64,000 nt of DNA from Octopus sinensis (GCF_006345805.1 NC_043012.1:37138001-37202000); one strand, 5' to 3'. Positions 36,372-49,676 are shown, counted from the first letter of the stretch. The notes: generated from the letters alone by a model not told the origin. Numbers and translations are program-made.

Positions 36372-36796
36372 GAAGTCGTTAGTTAATTCTCTCCCAAAGA
36401 AGACTCATTCATTAAAGAACATCAAAATGCTAAATAATTAAACAAATGAATAAGAATTTGATCAGACCTGCTTCAGTTTCGGACAGGTGGCTTTAGATCC
36501 GAAGATTACACAGGTTGTCACATCATTAGCTAATTACAAAAATAACCGAATTTCCGTTTCTCTTTGAGAATGGCATAACAACGAAAACAAACAGTAAAAA
36601 GGTAAACTAAATAAGTAAATAAAAAGGCTAAAATGTAATTAATTCCATTAATAGATTATGGAAATTAATTGTTCTTTCATTGTTTTGATGGAAGGCAACG
36701 CTAACGAAGTTACAAGATTATTTCTTTAATGAATATACTTTATTATTACAGAGCTATATTCATTAGGCTCTCTTGCAATATTTAGGTTTTGAGGAA

Positions 36797-36799
<3 letters not shown>

Positions 36800-36835
<36 letters not shown>

Positions 36836-37410
36836 TTTGTACATGGGTGGGTGTGTGTGCATGAGTGCGTATCCGAGCTTGTGCATGCATATGTGCCTGT
36901 GTGTGTAAGGTGTGTGTACAGGTGTGTCCTTGTGATTGTGTATGTGCCTGTGTGTGTAAGGTGTGTGTACATGCATGCATGTTTAGGCTTGTGTGTGTGT
37001 TTGTGTGCTTGTGCATATGTGTGTGCAGGTGTGTGTATGCAGGTGTATGTTCAGGTGTGTGCGCAAGTGTGTGTTCAGGTGTGTGTACAGGTGTGTATGC
37101 AGGTGTGTGTACAGGTGTGTCCTTGTGATTGTGTATGTGCCTGTGTGTATAAGGTGTGTGTACATGCGTGCGTGTTTAGGTCTGTGTGTGTGCAGGTGTG
37201 TGTACAGGTGTGTGTATGCAAGTGTGTGTTCAGGTGTGTGTGCAAGTGTGTGTTCAGGTGTGTGTACAGGTGTGTATGCAAGTGTGCGCTCAGGTGTGTC
37301 CTTGTGCATGTGTATGTATGTGAGTGCATGTGCATGCATATATTTGTGTGTGCTTGTGCACGTGTATGTTCAAGTGTGTATGAGCGTATGTGTGTGCTTA
37401 TGTATGTGTA
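36800..37410. repeat. Degenerate (TG)n-derived minisatellite with CAGGTGTGTGT units
   Basis: ~12-bp CAGGTGTGTGT(A/T/G) units and a thrice-repeated CAGGTGTGTCCTTGTG motif. Confidence 0.9.
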
Positions 37411-39022
37411 GGGTACATGTGTATCATGCAGGTGTTTGGGACATAAACTAACACAACACTTTAAGAGAAGGTTTTCTACCCAGATCACTTCAACCCTTTC
37501 CTTACCATATTCCAGTTAAAATCCACAGATCTCTGGAACAGTCAATTTTGAAAATAATGAAGAATTTATTAAAATAACTTTGCCATTATTAAAATACTCT
37601 TTGGGACATAAATTAACGACATCTTAAAGAGAAGGATTTAATTTAGATCACTTGAATACTTTCGTTACCATATTTCAGTTAAAATGCACAGCCTCTCATC
37701 ATCATCATCCTCATCATCAACATCCTCCTCCTCCTCCTCCTCATCATCATCATTTAACGTCCGTCTTCAATGCTAGTATGGGTGGAACAGTATCACAAGA
37801 GCTGGCCAGGCTGAAGCCCGCACCAGACTTCTGTGACTGTTTTGGCAGGATTTTTACAGCTGGATGCCCTTCCTGACATCAACTGTCCAGCAGAGTGGAC
37901 ATAGTGCCTTTTATGTGGCACAAGCACAGGCGAGGTCAGTTTTCATTTTGAAAACAATGAAAGATTTAGTAAAATAACTTTATGATTAAGCTGGTATTTG
38001 GAACAGAAATTAACAAGAAATTTTAATTATAGTTTAATTTAGATTATTTTAAAACTGGAAGCTTGTAAATAGAATCAGGGATAGCTTCACACTGGTATCA
38101 AAAGGGTTAAATCTTGACCATTCTGTTGCCACTTTTACCATATTCCACCTTATATTACCTTCATACCAAAACTTATCACCAACTTTCAGAAAGTTCTCCA
38201 AGTTAATCCACAGACTTTGTTCCATGGTTCCTCACTACAGTTCTGATTTGTAACCAATCTTCCAGAGTTCTTTGCAGAATGTTTTCTGCACCGATTATTT
38301 TTGCACCAACAATGAGGTCGAGTCAAGAGCAAAGCCGCAACTCCGACGCAGTTCATGTTTGAGCAAATATAAAATGTCTAATTAACGAGTTCCTATGGTT
38401 CGTCTGTCCAAAATTCAACCACAGTGCAACTTCAGTGCAATTCTATCTCTTTCCTCTCTTGTACCGACTCAAACTCACCCCAGCCCCAAAACAATGTCTC
38501 TTTCTCCTTTGTAAACACCCTTCACCGATGACTAACTCTATACCATCTAAAACTAGCAATGCTCTAATTAATTATAAACTCCAATATCTCAGTTCTATTA
38601 ACGACAAGAGAGAGGGAGAACAAGAGAGAAGGAGAGCAAGAGAGAGAGAGAGGGGAAGAGCAAGAGAGAGGGAAGGAGTGCATTCTGGTTTCTTTAACCA
38701 TCCCATCTAGCAGAAATCAATTCTAGTTCCAAAAGTTGATTGACTTCTTAATGGCAAACTGTCAGAGAAGCCTCTTTTCATGTGGCATCAATGAAAATCA
38801 ATTTAAATGGTCTCCCTCACCCCACCCCACAAACACCCTTAATTTTTTTCCTGTTATTTTTGGTTTTTTTGTTCCATCTTGTTTTTCTTGCTGTTGTCTG
38901 AAATACTGGAGGAGGCTGTTCCAGTGACTACTTCAGTCGGCTGAGAGTGAGTCAGTTTTTGTCTTCTGTGGCTATTAACAAGCAATAGAGCCTGACATAT
39001 ATATCTATTTATATACATATAC

Positions 39023-39071
<49 letters not shown>

Positions 39072-39081
39072 TATATGTATA

Positions 39082-39133
<52 letters not shown>

Positions 39134-39544
39134 GATCATATGTATATATATATATCATACACACAAATATCTTTTACTTGTCTCAGTCATTAGACTTTGG
39201 CCATGCTGGGGCACCATCTAGAATTGAACCCAGTACTTATTTGTTATTTTTAAAGCCTCGTATTTATTCTGTTGGCTCTCTATTACCAAACTGCTAAGTT
39301 ATGGGGATATAAACACAACACCACCAGTTGTCAACCAGTGGTCATGGACGGACAAACACACACACACACACACACACATCTATGACAGGCTTCTTTAAGT
39401 TTCTGTCTATCAAATCCACTCAGTGTGGCTTTGGTTGACCTGAGGCTACAGAAGAGGACATTTGCCCAAGGGTCTATACAGCAGGACTGAACCCAGAACC
39501 ATGCGGTTGGGAAGCAAGCTTCTTACCACACAGCCACAACCTGC

Positions 39545-39562
39545 AATATATATATGTATAAT

Positions 39563-39632
<70 letters not shown>

Positions 39633-39653
39633 CTACAAATACATATATGTGTA

Positions 39654-39701
<48 letters not shown>

Positions 39702-39800
39702 GTAATATATATATATATAGATATATATATATATATTATAATATATATATATATATGTATATATGTATATATATATATATACATATATTATATATATATC

Positions 39801-39835
<35 letters not shown>

Positions 39836-39866
39836 TATATGTATATATGTATATATATATAATGTA

Positions 39867-39897
<31 letters not shown>

Positions 39898-39898
39898 A

Positions 39899-39945
<47 letters not shown>

Positions 39946-39990
39946 TATATATATATATATATATAATATATATATATAATATATATATAG

Positions 39991-40022
<32 letters not shown>

Positions 40023-40050
40023 CATATATATATATGTATATATATATATT
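39545..40050. repeat. Long interrupted (TA)n microsatellite
   Basis: Direct reading. Others at ~20885-21050, ~28860-28990 and ~61430-61940. Confidence 0.97.
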
Positions 40051-40899
40051 TAGTGGCAGCAAATACACACAAACTGATTCCTGAATAACGGTAAGTATAG
40101 AAGAGAGAGGAGCTGATGAAAAGAGCCATACAAATATTTATATAACATGAAAGAATCAAAGACAACCTTGATTATAGTTTGGAAACAGAGAGGAGGAATA
40201 TGGAACCATGTTCAGTTAGTGTTTCGAAAAAAAATAATTGTTTTATTGTTTGACTGCTTTGAGTTGGCCTAATTGGTAGAGCATCACACAAAATGGAACA
40301 TGGGGTCACTTTTGGTTCTTTTAAGTTCTGAGTTCAAAACTTATGAAGGTTAATATTGCCTTTGATCTTTTCGGTATTGATAGAATAAAGTACCAGCCAA
40401 ATAGTGGGTTTGATGGAATCCACTAACACCCTCCCCCATCTCAAACTTGCTGGTTTTATGTCTAAATTGGAAACTATTGTGTCTTCAGGTGAAGAATTAG
40501 AATAGAGAACAGTGCTTCTTGAAGTACCATTTTATATTCCTTCAGTTCGCATGAAATCCTCACCGTTTAATACAGAAATACGTTGTTGGTTTTTCGTGTA
40601 TTTTCAAATGAACAACAATCAGCAGCAGCAACAACAACAACATTGTTGTCATTATCATTATCCTCTTCTTTCAATTCTGTTTCCATTTCTTTCCGAGTGC
40701 CTTCCCGACACCTAGGGCAAAGAAACTCTCTGTATACACTGGTAGGCCATTAAAATAAACACACCAAATTGTCCATGTACAAAGTCGAATTATGTGATAG
40801 AAAAAAGGGGGAAAAGAAGGAAAAAAGGAAAAACAGAAAAGAATCCATACATTTGATTTTGCCTCTCTTCAAAACTAATACACTACACTTTTACAGTCT

Positions 40900-41330
40900 G
40901 AACTCCATTCTGATATTAGCACTGAAAGTATACACCGTATCAATGAGGGAACTGACTTGGGATTCGTCTTTACCATAAAGTTTGAGGTCATCCATGAATA
41001 ACAAATGGTTGACTTTTTGTTGGTGTCTCTTGAATACATGCACAGCCTTTGCTTTCCTCAGAATCAGTGTTAGTGATATCATGCAAATACAAAGATCAGT
41101 GGGGATGGGCAGTCCCCTTGGAAGATGCCTCTCCTAATTTCTATTGTTCCTAAACTTCTTCCGAATGCTGTCAGTTCCATCCTCCACTTTGCCATACTTT
41201 TTCCCATCAATTGCTCAGCATTCGATGCAATACCAAAGAGGTTCATACATTCCATAATCCAAGAATGTGGGATCATATTGTACGCCTTACGATAATCGAT
41301 CCATAAAAGAGGTCAGTTAGTTTTCCTCCT
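40900..41330 (-). mobile_element. R4/Dong-like non-LTR retrotransposon reverse-transcriptase core fragment
   Basis: Minus strand IPHSWIMECM...IRRGIFQGDCPSPLIF and, in a second frame, KVNHLLFMDDLKLYGKDESQVSSLIDTV (GIFQGD and FMDD RT motifs); frameshifted. Confidence 0.9.
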
Positions 41331-42257
41331 CTTGCAGTCTCTAAGTACATCCTCACCCCTACAAGTACATCCTCAAATCCACTCACTAGGCATTAGTTAA
41401 TCCGAGGCTAAAGGAGAAGACACTTGCCCAAGGTGCCCCGCAGTGGGACTGAACCTGGGACCATGTGGTTGGGAACGAAGCAAACTTCTTACCTCTCAAC
41501 CACGCCATATGTATGTGTATGTTTATCTAATCATCATCATCGTCATCATCATTCAATGACCTCTTTTACATGCTTGGGATAGGTTAAACAGTTCTGTCTG
41601 TCTGTCTGTCTATCTGTCAACCACCACCACCACCACCACCACCACCACCACAGCCACTACCACCACTGCTGCCACCACCACCACCACCACCACCACCACT
41701 GCCACTACTACCACCACCTCCATTACCATCATTTAACACCCCTTTTTCCCTGCTGGCATGAGTTGGCTGCTTTGACAGGATCCGGGGTGTGCCATGCGAC
41801 TGCATCATGTGCCAATGTCAGCAGTGACAGGGTTTCTCTCACTGGATGCCCTTCCCTCTTTACTGTGAATATAAGGGTGGTCTTCTTTTTCCCTCTCCAT
41901 GTCATCAACACCAGTGGGGTTGCCAAGTAACTTACATTACAGGAAACGACAATAAAAGGGGGAAATGTGCAAAATGGAAAGGCACCCCCCCTTGACTAGG
42001 TGGTCAGGGTATTTGAGAGGATGGAGAAGTAATTTTTATGCCAAGGGCACAAGCAGGGGTATTTTGCCATGAAGAAGATACATGGCTACCCAGAAATTAT
42101 ATAAGAATGGGTGGGAGTATCAGGGGGAGAAGGTAAAATAGTACCAGAGCAAAGACCCTCAAGAAACAAGAGATGATAGGGGCAACAGATTAGGAGGTGG
42201 GGACAGTTAGGTGAGTGCAAAGGGAAAATACTGGATGGTTTTATTTATATATAGTTT

Positions 42258-42628
42258 ATTACCCCCGCCTTAGCGAAGGCAGAGGTATTGTTTTTAGTAG
42301 TGTTTGTTTCTTTGTTTGTCTGTGGACATAATATCTGAAAAACTGCTGGATGAATTCGGATGAAACTTTCAGGGATGTTTGACCTTGAGATTGGCTCAAA
42401 CTGATTAGATTTGGGGATTGATCCGGTACCGGACAAGGATTCTGGATTATTTTTCCATTTTTAAAATTTAATATTTGAAAGCAGTCAGGTCCATTTTTAG
42501 TATTCTCGTTTGTGAGAGCAATCAAGATTATTTCAGATATTTTCATTTTAAAACTCATCTCTGGCCAATCGTTGAGAGGATGTTGGTGTTGCCTCGGCAG
42601 GTGCTTCTGCTCTCTCAGTGCTCTTGTT
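42258..42628 (-). mobile_element. Helentron/HINE-like element copy
   Basis: Reverse complement of the 26213-26568 family, with terminal hairpin at 42258-42287. Confidence 0.6.
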
Positions 42629-42866
42629 TGTATCTTTATTTTTTAAAAAAATTTCAACATCTTTACATCATACAAACAAATTATTCATGCATCCATCTTT
42701 CTCCATTTTCACTCTTTCAATATTAATAGCATGCATTACCACAATAATCCCTAACATATTGCAGAGACTTTCTCATTATATGATAGGGATTAACCAGTGT
42801 AATTTTTTGGATTATATAATCCCTAATGTGGATCCAACATCCTCAAATTGACAGCATATATATATA

Positions 42867-43330
42867 TACTTGTATATAATGTATGGTGAATTTATGGAAA
42901 TTGTAGTTGTGATCCCTGTACTGGTGGCACGTAAAAAGTACCCACTACACTCACGGAGTGGTTGGCACTAGGAAGAGCATCCGCTGTTGAAAAACTGCTA
43001 GATCAGACTGGAGCCTGGTGCAGGCGCCTGGCTTCCCAGTCCCTAGTTGAACCATCCAATCCATGCCAGCATGGAAAACGGATGTTAAACGATGATGATG
43101 AAGTCCCATGAAACTCATCAATTTATCTAAAAAATGGAGGAGACAAGTTGTTAAAATATATTTTTAAATATTTTGAAATAAATTGATGAGTTTTATGGGA
43201 CTTCTTTCCATAAATTCACCATACACTATATACAAATATTACTTTCACATCTTTGCAAATTTTCACCTGTAAACTCCCAGTAAAGTATGAAGAATCAACA
43301 TTAGAGATCTACTTTGGAAACCTCCAAAAT
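42867..43330. mobile_element. Fold-back element (family of 19300-19740) interrupted by SINE-B
   Basis: Left arm GTATGGTGAATTTATGGAAA | SINE-B ~42914-43100 | GAAGTCCCATGAAACTCATC; right arm GATGAGTTTTATGGGACTTCTTTCCATAAATTCACCATAC. Confidence 0.7.
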
Positions 43331-43412
43331 TAAAGGACAAATTCTACATTTTTACACCTATATATGTGTGTGTGTGTGTATGTATGTATATACATATATA
43401 TTTATATATATA

Positions 43413-43775
43413 GTGGAGGCGCAATGGCCCAGTGGTTAAGGCAGCGGACTCACAGTCATAGGATTGTGGTTTCGATTCCCAGACTAGGTGTTGTGAGTAT
43501 TTATTGAGTGAAAACACCTAAAGCTCCATGAGGCTCCTGCAGTGGATGGTGGTGAACCCTGCTCTACTCTTTCACCGCAACCTTCTCTCGCTCTCTTTTC
43601 CTGTTTCTGTTGTACCTGTATTTCAAAGGGTCAGCTTGGCACACTCTGGAAACTACATTAAGGGTACACGTGTCTGTGGAGTACTCAGCCACTTGCATGT
43701 TGATTTCACGAGCAGGCTGTTCCGTTGATCGGATCAACTGGAACCCTCGTCGTTGTAACCAACAGAGTGCCAACA
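43413..43775 (+). mobile_element. tRNA-derived SINE family D
   Basis: TGGCCCAGTGG A-box, GGTTTCGATTCCC B-box. Full reverse copy at 59287-59666; 3' part also at ~8930-9065. Confidence 0.8.
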
Positions 43776-43803
43776 TATTTATATATATATACCTATATAT
43801 AAA

Positions 43804-43837
<34 letters not shown>

Positions 43838-43924
43838 CCTTGTAGTGGTTATGTGTTTGTCCTTCGTTAACATGTCTGAAAAGCAGAGAGAGAGACAAAG
43901 AGATATGAAAAGGTGGAGAGATAT

Positions 43925-43960
<36 letters not shown>

Positions 43961-44194
43961 TGAAAGAAACAGAGAAGAGAGAGAGGAGGAGGGGGGAAAT
44001 TATATATGAGAAGAGGTAATGAAGAGTTATTTGTCATTAGTGCAATTAGTCATAACGTAGTGAGTTAGTTATTGATTAGGTCAGTTGGATGTAGAGTATA
44101 TTGCGGGGGGGGGGGAGAAGGCGTGTGTGTGTGTGAGAGGCACTATATTTATATATCATGTGTTTATGACTGAGTAGCCATTCTATACTCTGTA

Positions 44195-44430
44195 TGTGTG
44201 TGTGTGTGTGTGTGACAATTTATATGTGTGTGTGTGTGTGTGTGTGTGTGACAATTTATATGTGTGTGTGTGTGTGTGTGTGTGACAATTTTTATGTGTG
44301 TATGTGTGTGTGTGACAATTTTTATGTGTGTATGTGTGTGTGTGACAATTTTTATGTGTGTATGTGTGTGTGTGACAATTTATATGTGTGTATGTGTGTG
44401 TGTAACAATTTATATGTGTGTGTGTGCATG
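44195..44430. repeat. Minisatellite GACAATTT(A/T)TAT(GT)n, ~7 units
   Basis: GACAATTT recurs about every 30 bp. Confidence 0.9.
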
Positions 44431-46329
44431 AGAGGGAGAGAGAGAGTGTGTGCTTGTGTGTGTGAGAAAGCATATATATATGTGTGTGTGTATGTCTATA
44501 CAAAAGGGTATATATATGTGTCTGTGTATGAGAGAGAGTATGTACATGAGAATGTATGAGTGTGTTGTTGTTGTTGTGTGTGTGCGAGAGAGAGAGAGAG
44601 AGAGAGAGAGAATGTCATGTGTTTGTGACTGAGCAATCACTGTAAACTGAGTGTGATACGTGTGTGTGTGTGTGTATGTGTGTGTGTGAAACCTTGTTTA
44701 GACATCAAGTGATAGTAATAGGTGAGCATCATCCTCATCGTCATCAATGTCATCATGATCATCATCATCGTCGTCATCATCAGCATCATCATCATTGTCA
44801 TCATCATCATCACCATCATCATCATTATCACCACCATCATCATGATGATCATCATCATTGTCATCATAATCACCACCATCATCATAATCATCATCACCAT
44901 CATCATCGTCATCGTCATCATCAGTATCATCACTCAAGTGAGGCTGTTTGTTTTCAGTCTTCCTTGAAAAAAACATGTCTGGCTGCCAGCAAATATATCG
45001 CCTTACTTGGAAACATGCGAAGGTTGGTGGGCAGGAAGAGCATCCGGCTGCCTCAATAAATTCCATCTGGTCCAAGCAAAACATGGAACAGCGGACAATA
45101 AATGACGATAATGAATGAGTGAGAGGCCGGTTAGAAACCAGAAGCCAGTGGGCAATGTGTTTCACCAATTGCGATGATAAATTAATAATTAAATATTAAT
45201 TAAATAAACAAAGTTAGCAGTGTTGTTGACATGGACAAGGTGACAGTTCACTTATGATATACGGCCGCACACTGACAGCAACAGATGAACTAGTTTTATC
45301 AAATAAACCATTTACAATTATATACATCAAGCGCCAATGGCCTTACTACTACTACTACTGCTACTGCTGCTGCTGCTGCTGCTTGCTGGAGTAGTAATGA
45401 TCTTTTCTACTGTAGGCACAAGGCCTGAAATATTGGGGGAGGAGACTAGTTGATTACGCTGACCCCAGTGCACCACTGGTACTTAATTTACTGACCCTGA
45501 AAGGATGAAAGGCAAAGCTGGCCTCAGCGGAATTTGAACTCAGAACGTAAAGATGGATGAAATGCCGCTAAGCATTTTGCCCAGCATGTTAACGATTCTG
45601 TCAGCTCACTGCCTTAATGATGATGATGATGATGATGAGGAGGAGGAGGAGGAGAAGAAGAAGAAGAAGAAGAACACTCAGAGTACAAACATCCAGCAAG
45701 GCAACACTAACATCCTCTCAACGATTAGCCAGAGATGATTCTTAAAATGAGAATATCTGAAATAAACTCGATTGCTCTCACAAACGAGAATACTAAAAAG
45801 GGACCCGACCGCTCTCAAAAATTAAGTATAAAAACAAGAACAATAATCCAGAATCCTTGCCCGGTACCTGATTAATCCCAAAATCTAATCAGTTCGTGCC
45901 AGTCATGAAGCCAAACATCTCTGAAAGCTTCATCCAAATCCCTCCAGCAGTTCTTGGGATATCTTGTCCATGGATAAACAAACAAACACGACTGAAAACA
46001 ACACCTCTACCTTCACTAAGACAGAGGTAATAATAATAATAATAATAATAACAATAATAATAATAATAACAATAATAATAACTAGAAAAGCACTCGGAGA
46101 GTGCAGACTTCCACCAAGCAGCTCATTTCCACCGGTATACACGCATGTTGAAAATCACCCAATTTGCCAAACCAACGCCGGCAAAAACATAACCTCCTTG
46201 GCAGGGTTAAAAAAAAAAATAACGGCCATATGATTTAAAAAAAAAAAAACCCTTTAAAAACAGGAATCATCTGAAGCAGTTATAATACATCAATGACAAC
46301 AGCCAGCTAGTTTCACAGCGGCGGTGGAG

Positions 46330-46400
46330 GGAGCTTTTTGAGTCGATCCCAATAGTCAAGGCTTGTCATGTCATCCTCCACAGACCTCCGCCAAGCAGCT
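46330..46400 (-). mobile_element. Possible small CR1/L2-type LINE remnant
   Basis: Minus strand MTSLDYWDRLKKL resembles the post-RT LxYxxRLxxL motif; very short. Confidence 0.3.
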
Positions 46401-46755
46401 CGTTTGAAGATAGATACGCGAGTAAACTTACTAATAGAGAAGCAAAAATAAACTTTGGAAACAGCAATGCCACCATAGGTTAAATGGAAACAATGAATGT
46501 TTTTCAAGGGAGATAATCAAAGAACGTAACATTGTAATACTTCATGTAAAGTAAATATAACAAATGAAAAATCGTTTAAGAATCCATAAAAATTCACAGA
46601 TCCCTACCAATAATAATAATGATTTCATTTATTTTCCACCAGAGCAAAGGATGAAGGGGACAAAAGAGAGACAGACATAAAGGGTTGGTGTTTACATGTA
46701 ATGAAATGATAAAAAACAAAAAGGTATGTATACATGGTGTACATTGAAAAAGAAG

Positions 46756-46789
<34 letters not shown>

Positions 46790-47109
46790 TTCTTTACTAC
46801 ACACAAGGGGCTAAACACAGAGGGGACAAACAAGGACAGACATAGGTATTAAGTCGATTATATCGACCCCAGTGCGTAACTGGTACTTAATTTATCAACC
46901 CCGAAAGGATGAAAGGCAAAGTTGACCTCGGCAGAATTGAACCCAGAACGTAACGGCAAGACTGGGTTCAAATTCCGCCGAGGTCGAAATAATAATAATG
47001 GTTTCAAATTTTGGCACAAAAGCAGCAATTTAGTGGGAGTGGGTAAGTGAATTAGATTGACCCCCAGTACTTTCTATGACATGTAAATAAAATTTGAAAT
47101 TCAAAATTT

Positions 47110-48060
47110 GAAACAGAATACTTGGATGAGGCTGGAATCCTCACGCTGCTGGATTTCCAGATCAAGATCACAGAGGAGGGTCCCATTTATACCAACTTTT
47201 ACAGGAAGTTGGCCTGGAAGAACCTGTTTGTACACTATGAGTCAGCTCTGCTCACCAGTGCTAAAACCAAAGCTGCACATGCACAAAACGGAACCACACG
47301 CATAAGCGACTTCCAACAGCCAGGGTTTCTTCAACAACCAAATACACAATGGTTATCCGCCTTCTTTAACCAAACGACTGAATCTAAACAACACTAAACT
47401 GAATAAACCACATAATCCCAAGTCTGAAATCTGCTTTGTTAAATGCCCTACTTCAGTGACAGAACCCCTATGGCTGTATAGTATATGATCTACAGGGAGG
47501 GACTCAACATACACACTGGTCCACCCCTGAGGAAATTTCTGTCTAGCAATAATACCACAGATAGCATTGTGGGGTGTTCACTATCCAATTGCTCCATCAA
47601 CGACTTCAAAATGTCCTTGAGGGGGCCTATGTGGCATACAAAGTGGCCTGCAATAAATGAGGAGCATCTTAATGTTTGAATAACATTTTGATTGAAGAAC
47701 TCTGAGTACAGACACTTCAATCAAAAAACCCCTAAAGAAGTGGCAGATCCAGGATTTCAAAGTATCCATCGGGGCCACCCATTGCAAAAAGACCAAATCA
47801 AAGAATCTTGGCGGCCCTTCCTATCAACAGACTGAGACCAGTCAAGAGGGAACTACAGGAACAACACATAGGTACTACATGAAGCAGACTGGTTACTATA
47901 GCAACACTTGTCTGTGCAGGTCACCTTATTTTTTCCTCTCCACACATCGGAGCAACAACCTTTTTTTTATCCTTCACTTTTCCAAATGTCCTGAAGAAGG
48001 GCTTATAGCCCCGAAATATAACATTATACTACAACTTTGTTGTTTTGTTTTCTTTTTGTA
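47110..48060 (+). mobile_element. Degenerate Penelope-like element: RT thumb, GIY-YIG remnant and pLTR with HHR
   Basis: LTLLDFQIKITEEGPIYTNFYRK...FVHYES (RT domain 7/thumb pattern); HNGYPPSL; LPYFSD; frameshifted FKCP*GG...EH; CTGAAGA-AGGGCTTATAGCCCC-GAAA at 47991-48016. Confidence 0.7.
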
Positions 48061-48776
48061 GTTTACTTTATATCTTCTTGCATTGTTCCAGCCTTACACA
48101 ACAAATCTCTTTAAATGAGTATGTGTGTGTGTGTTGTGTTAGTGTGCACGGCCTAGTAGTTTGAGGGTGTTGCACTCACAGTCACGGGATTGTGGTTTCA
48201 ATTCTTGGACAGGGTGGTGAGTTGAGTTCATGAGCAAAACACTTCACTTCACGTTGCTTTGCAATCATTTCCACACCTGACGTGAGGTACACCAACCATG
48301 CACCTTTTCAGGTAATGCCAGTTTGATGGAGGAAGCAAACTGGTGTACAGTACATACCTTCAATCACTATCAAACAAATCACCTGTCACAGTTTGCTTTC
48401 AGCAGGAAATTGCAGAACCAGTTTTCTCAGACTATAAGAGAATACCACCACCATCATCATCGTCATCATCATTGTCATCATCATCATCATCATCGTTGTC
48501 ATTATCATCATCATTGTCAGCATCATCATCATATATATATATTGTATACTGATTTCAAGTATTAGCATGATGCCAGCAATTTTGGGGGAGGGGATAAGTT
48601 GATTACATCGATCCCAGTACATGACTGGTACTTATTTTATCGAACCCAAAATGGATGCAAGGCAAAGTCGACCTCTCGGTGGAATTTGAACTCAGAAAGT
48701 TCAGTCAGAAGAAATGCCACTTAACATTTTCTTCCAGCATGGCAATGGTTCTGCCACTTTGCCACTTTTGTATGTA

Positions 48777-49031
48777 CATTATTTACATTTGATGGATATT
48801 TGTCCTCTACTTGTTTGTTGTTAACACAATGTTTCGGCTGATATACTCTCCAGCCTTCATCAGGTGTCTTGGGGAAATTTCAAACCTGGGTCCTCATTCC
48901 TAAGGTATTTTTCGATGTTATTATTATTATTATTCAGGTCACTGCCTGGAATCGAACTCGGAATCTTGGGGTTAGTAGCCCATGCTCTTAAACACTATGC
49001 CATATGCCAGTGGGCATAAATATAGAACTGT
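48777..49031 (-). mobile_element. tRNA-headed SINE with hammerhead-containing 3' tail, copy 1
   Basis: Minus strand TGGCATAGTG A-box, GGG-CTACTAA-CCC arm, GAGTTCGATTCC B-box, (TAA)n, then ACAC-CTGATGA-A-GGCTG...CAGCC-GAAA-CA-T-T-GTGT (48824-48867). 13-bp TSD ACTTTTGTATGTA at 48764-48776 and 49032-49044. Confidence 0.8.
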
Positions 49032-49049
49032 ACTTTTGTATGTATTGTA

Positions 49050-49093
<44 letters not shown>

Positions 49094-49644
49094 ACAACCA
49101 CAGGGCCCAGCATACAATTGTAATACAATGCTGGCATTCACCAGACGTCAGCAACCTTTAATGTCTAAAACCACAGAACAATGTGTACCATTTATAAACA
49201 CATGAAACAACTGTTGATTCAGTCTTGAAAATAATGGTATCTAAATGGTTGCCATTGTTTCACAACACATTCTTGTAGCCTGCCCTGGATATTCTTCATT
49301 GTACATATTAATTGCAAGCATTTTGTTTTGCAACTACGATATACCACCTAATATATATTGAAGGTTTACAAGTCAATAGTGTGCCTTTCTTTTGTGTTAG
49401 CAGTGCAATGTTCTCATTTTAAACTTTATTTCTATAGACTTTCAATAGAATTTAGAGCCAGCACTGAAAGTTATAACATTTTGTATATGAATACGTCTAC
49501 GTAAACAGTGTGATTATAGATAGAAAGAATAGATAATGCATATTTCAGGTGTTATTGCTCCTTCATCAGCTTTACATCCAGCCCATCAAATATCCAGGAA
49601 TGCATTGCTTAAATACCCACTAAGTTTAGTGGTATCTAAGTGGC

Positions 49645-49676
<32 letters not shown>

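Noticed and set aside
36475-36532. Minus-strand CTAATGA...CCGAAACTG with an internal C(UUCG)G hairpin
   Set aside because: The core G5 is mutated and no convincing stems I or III form.
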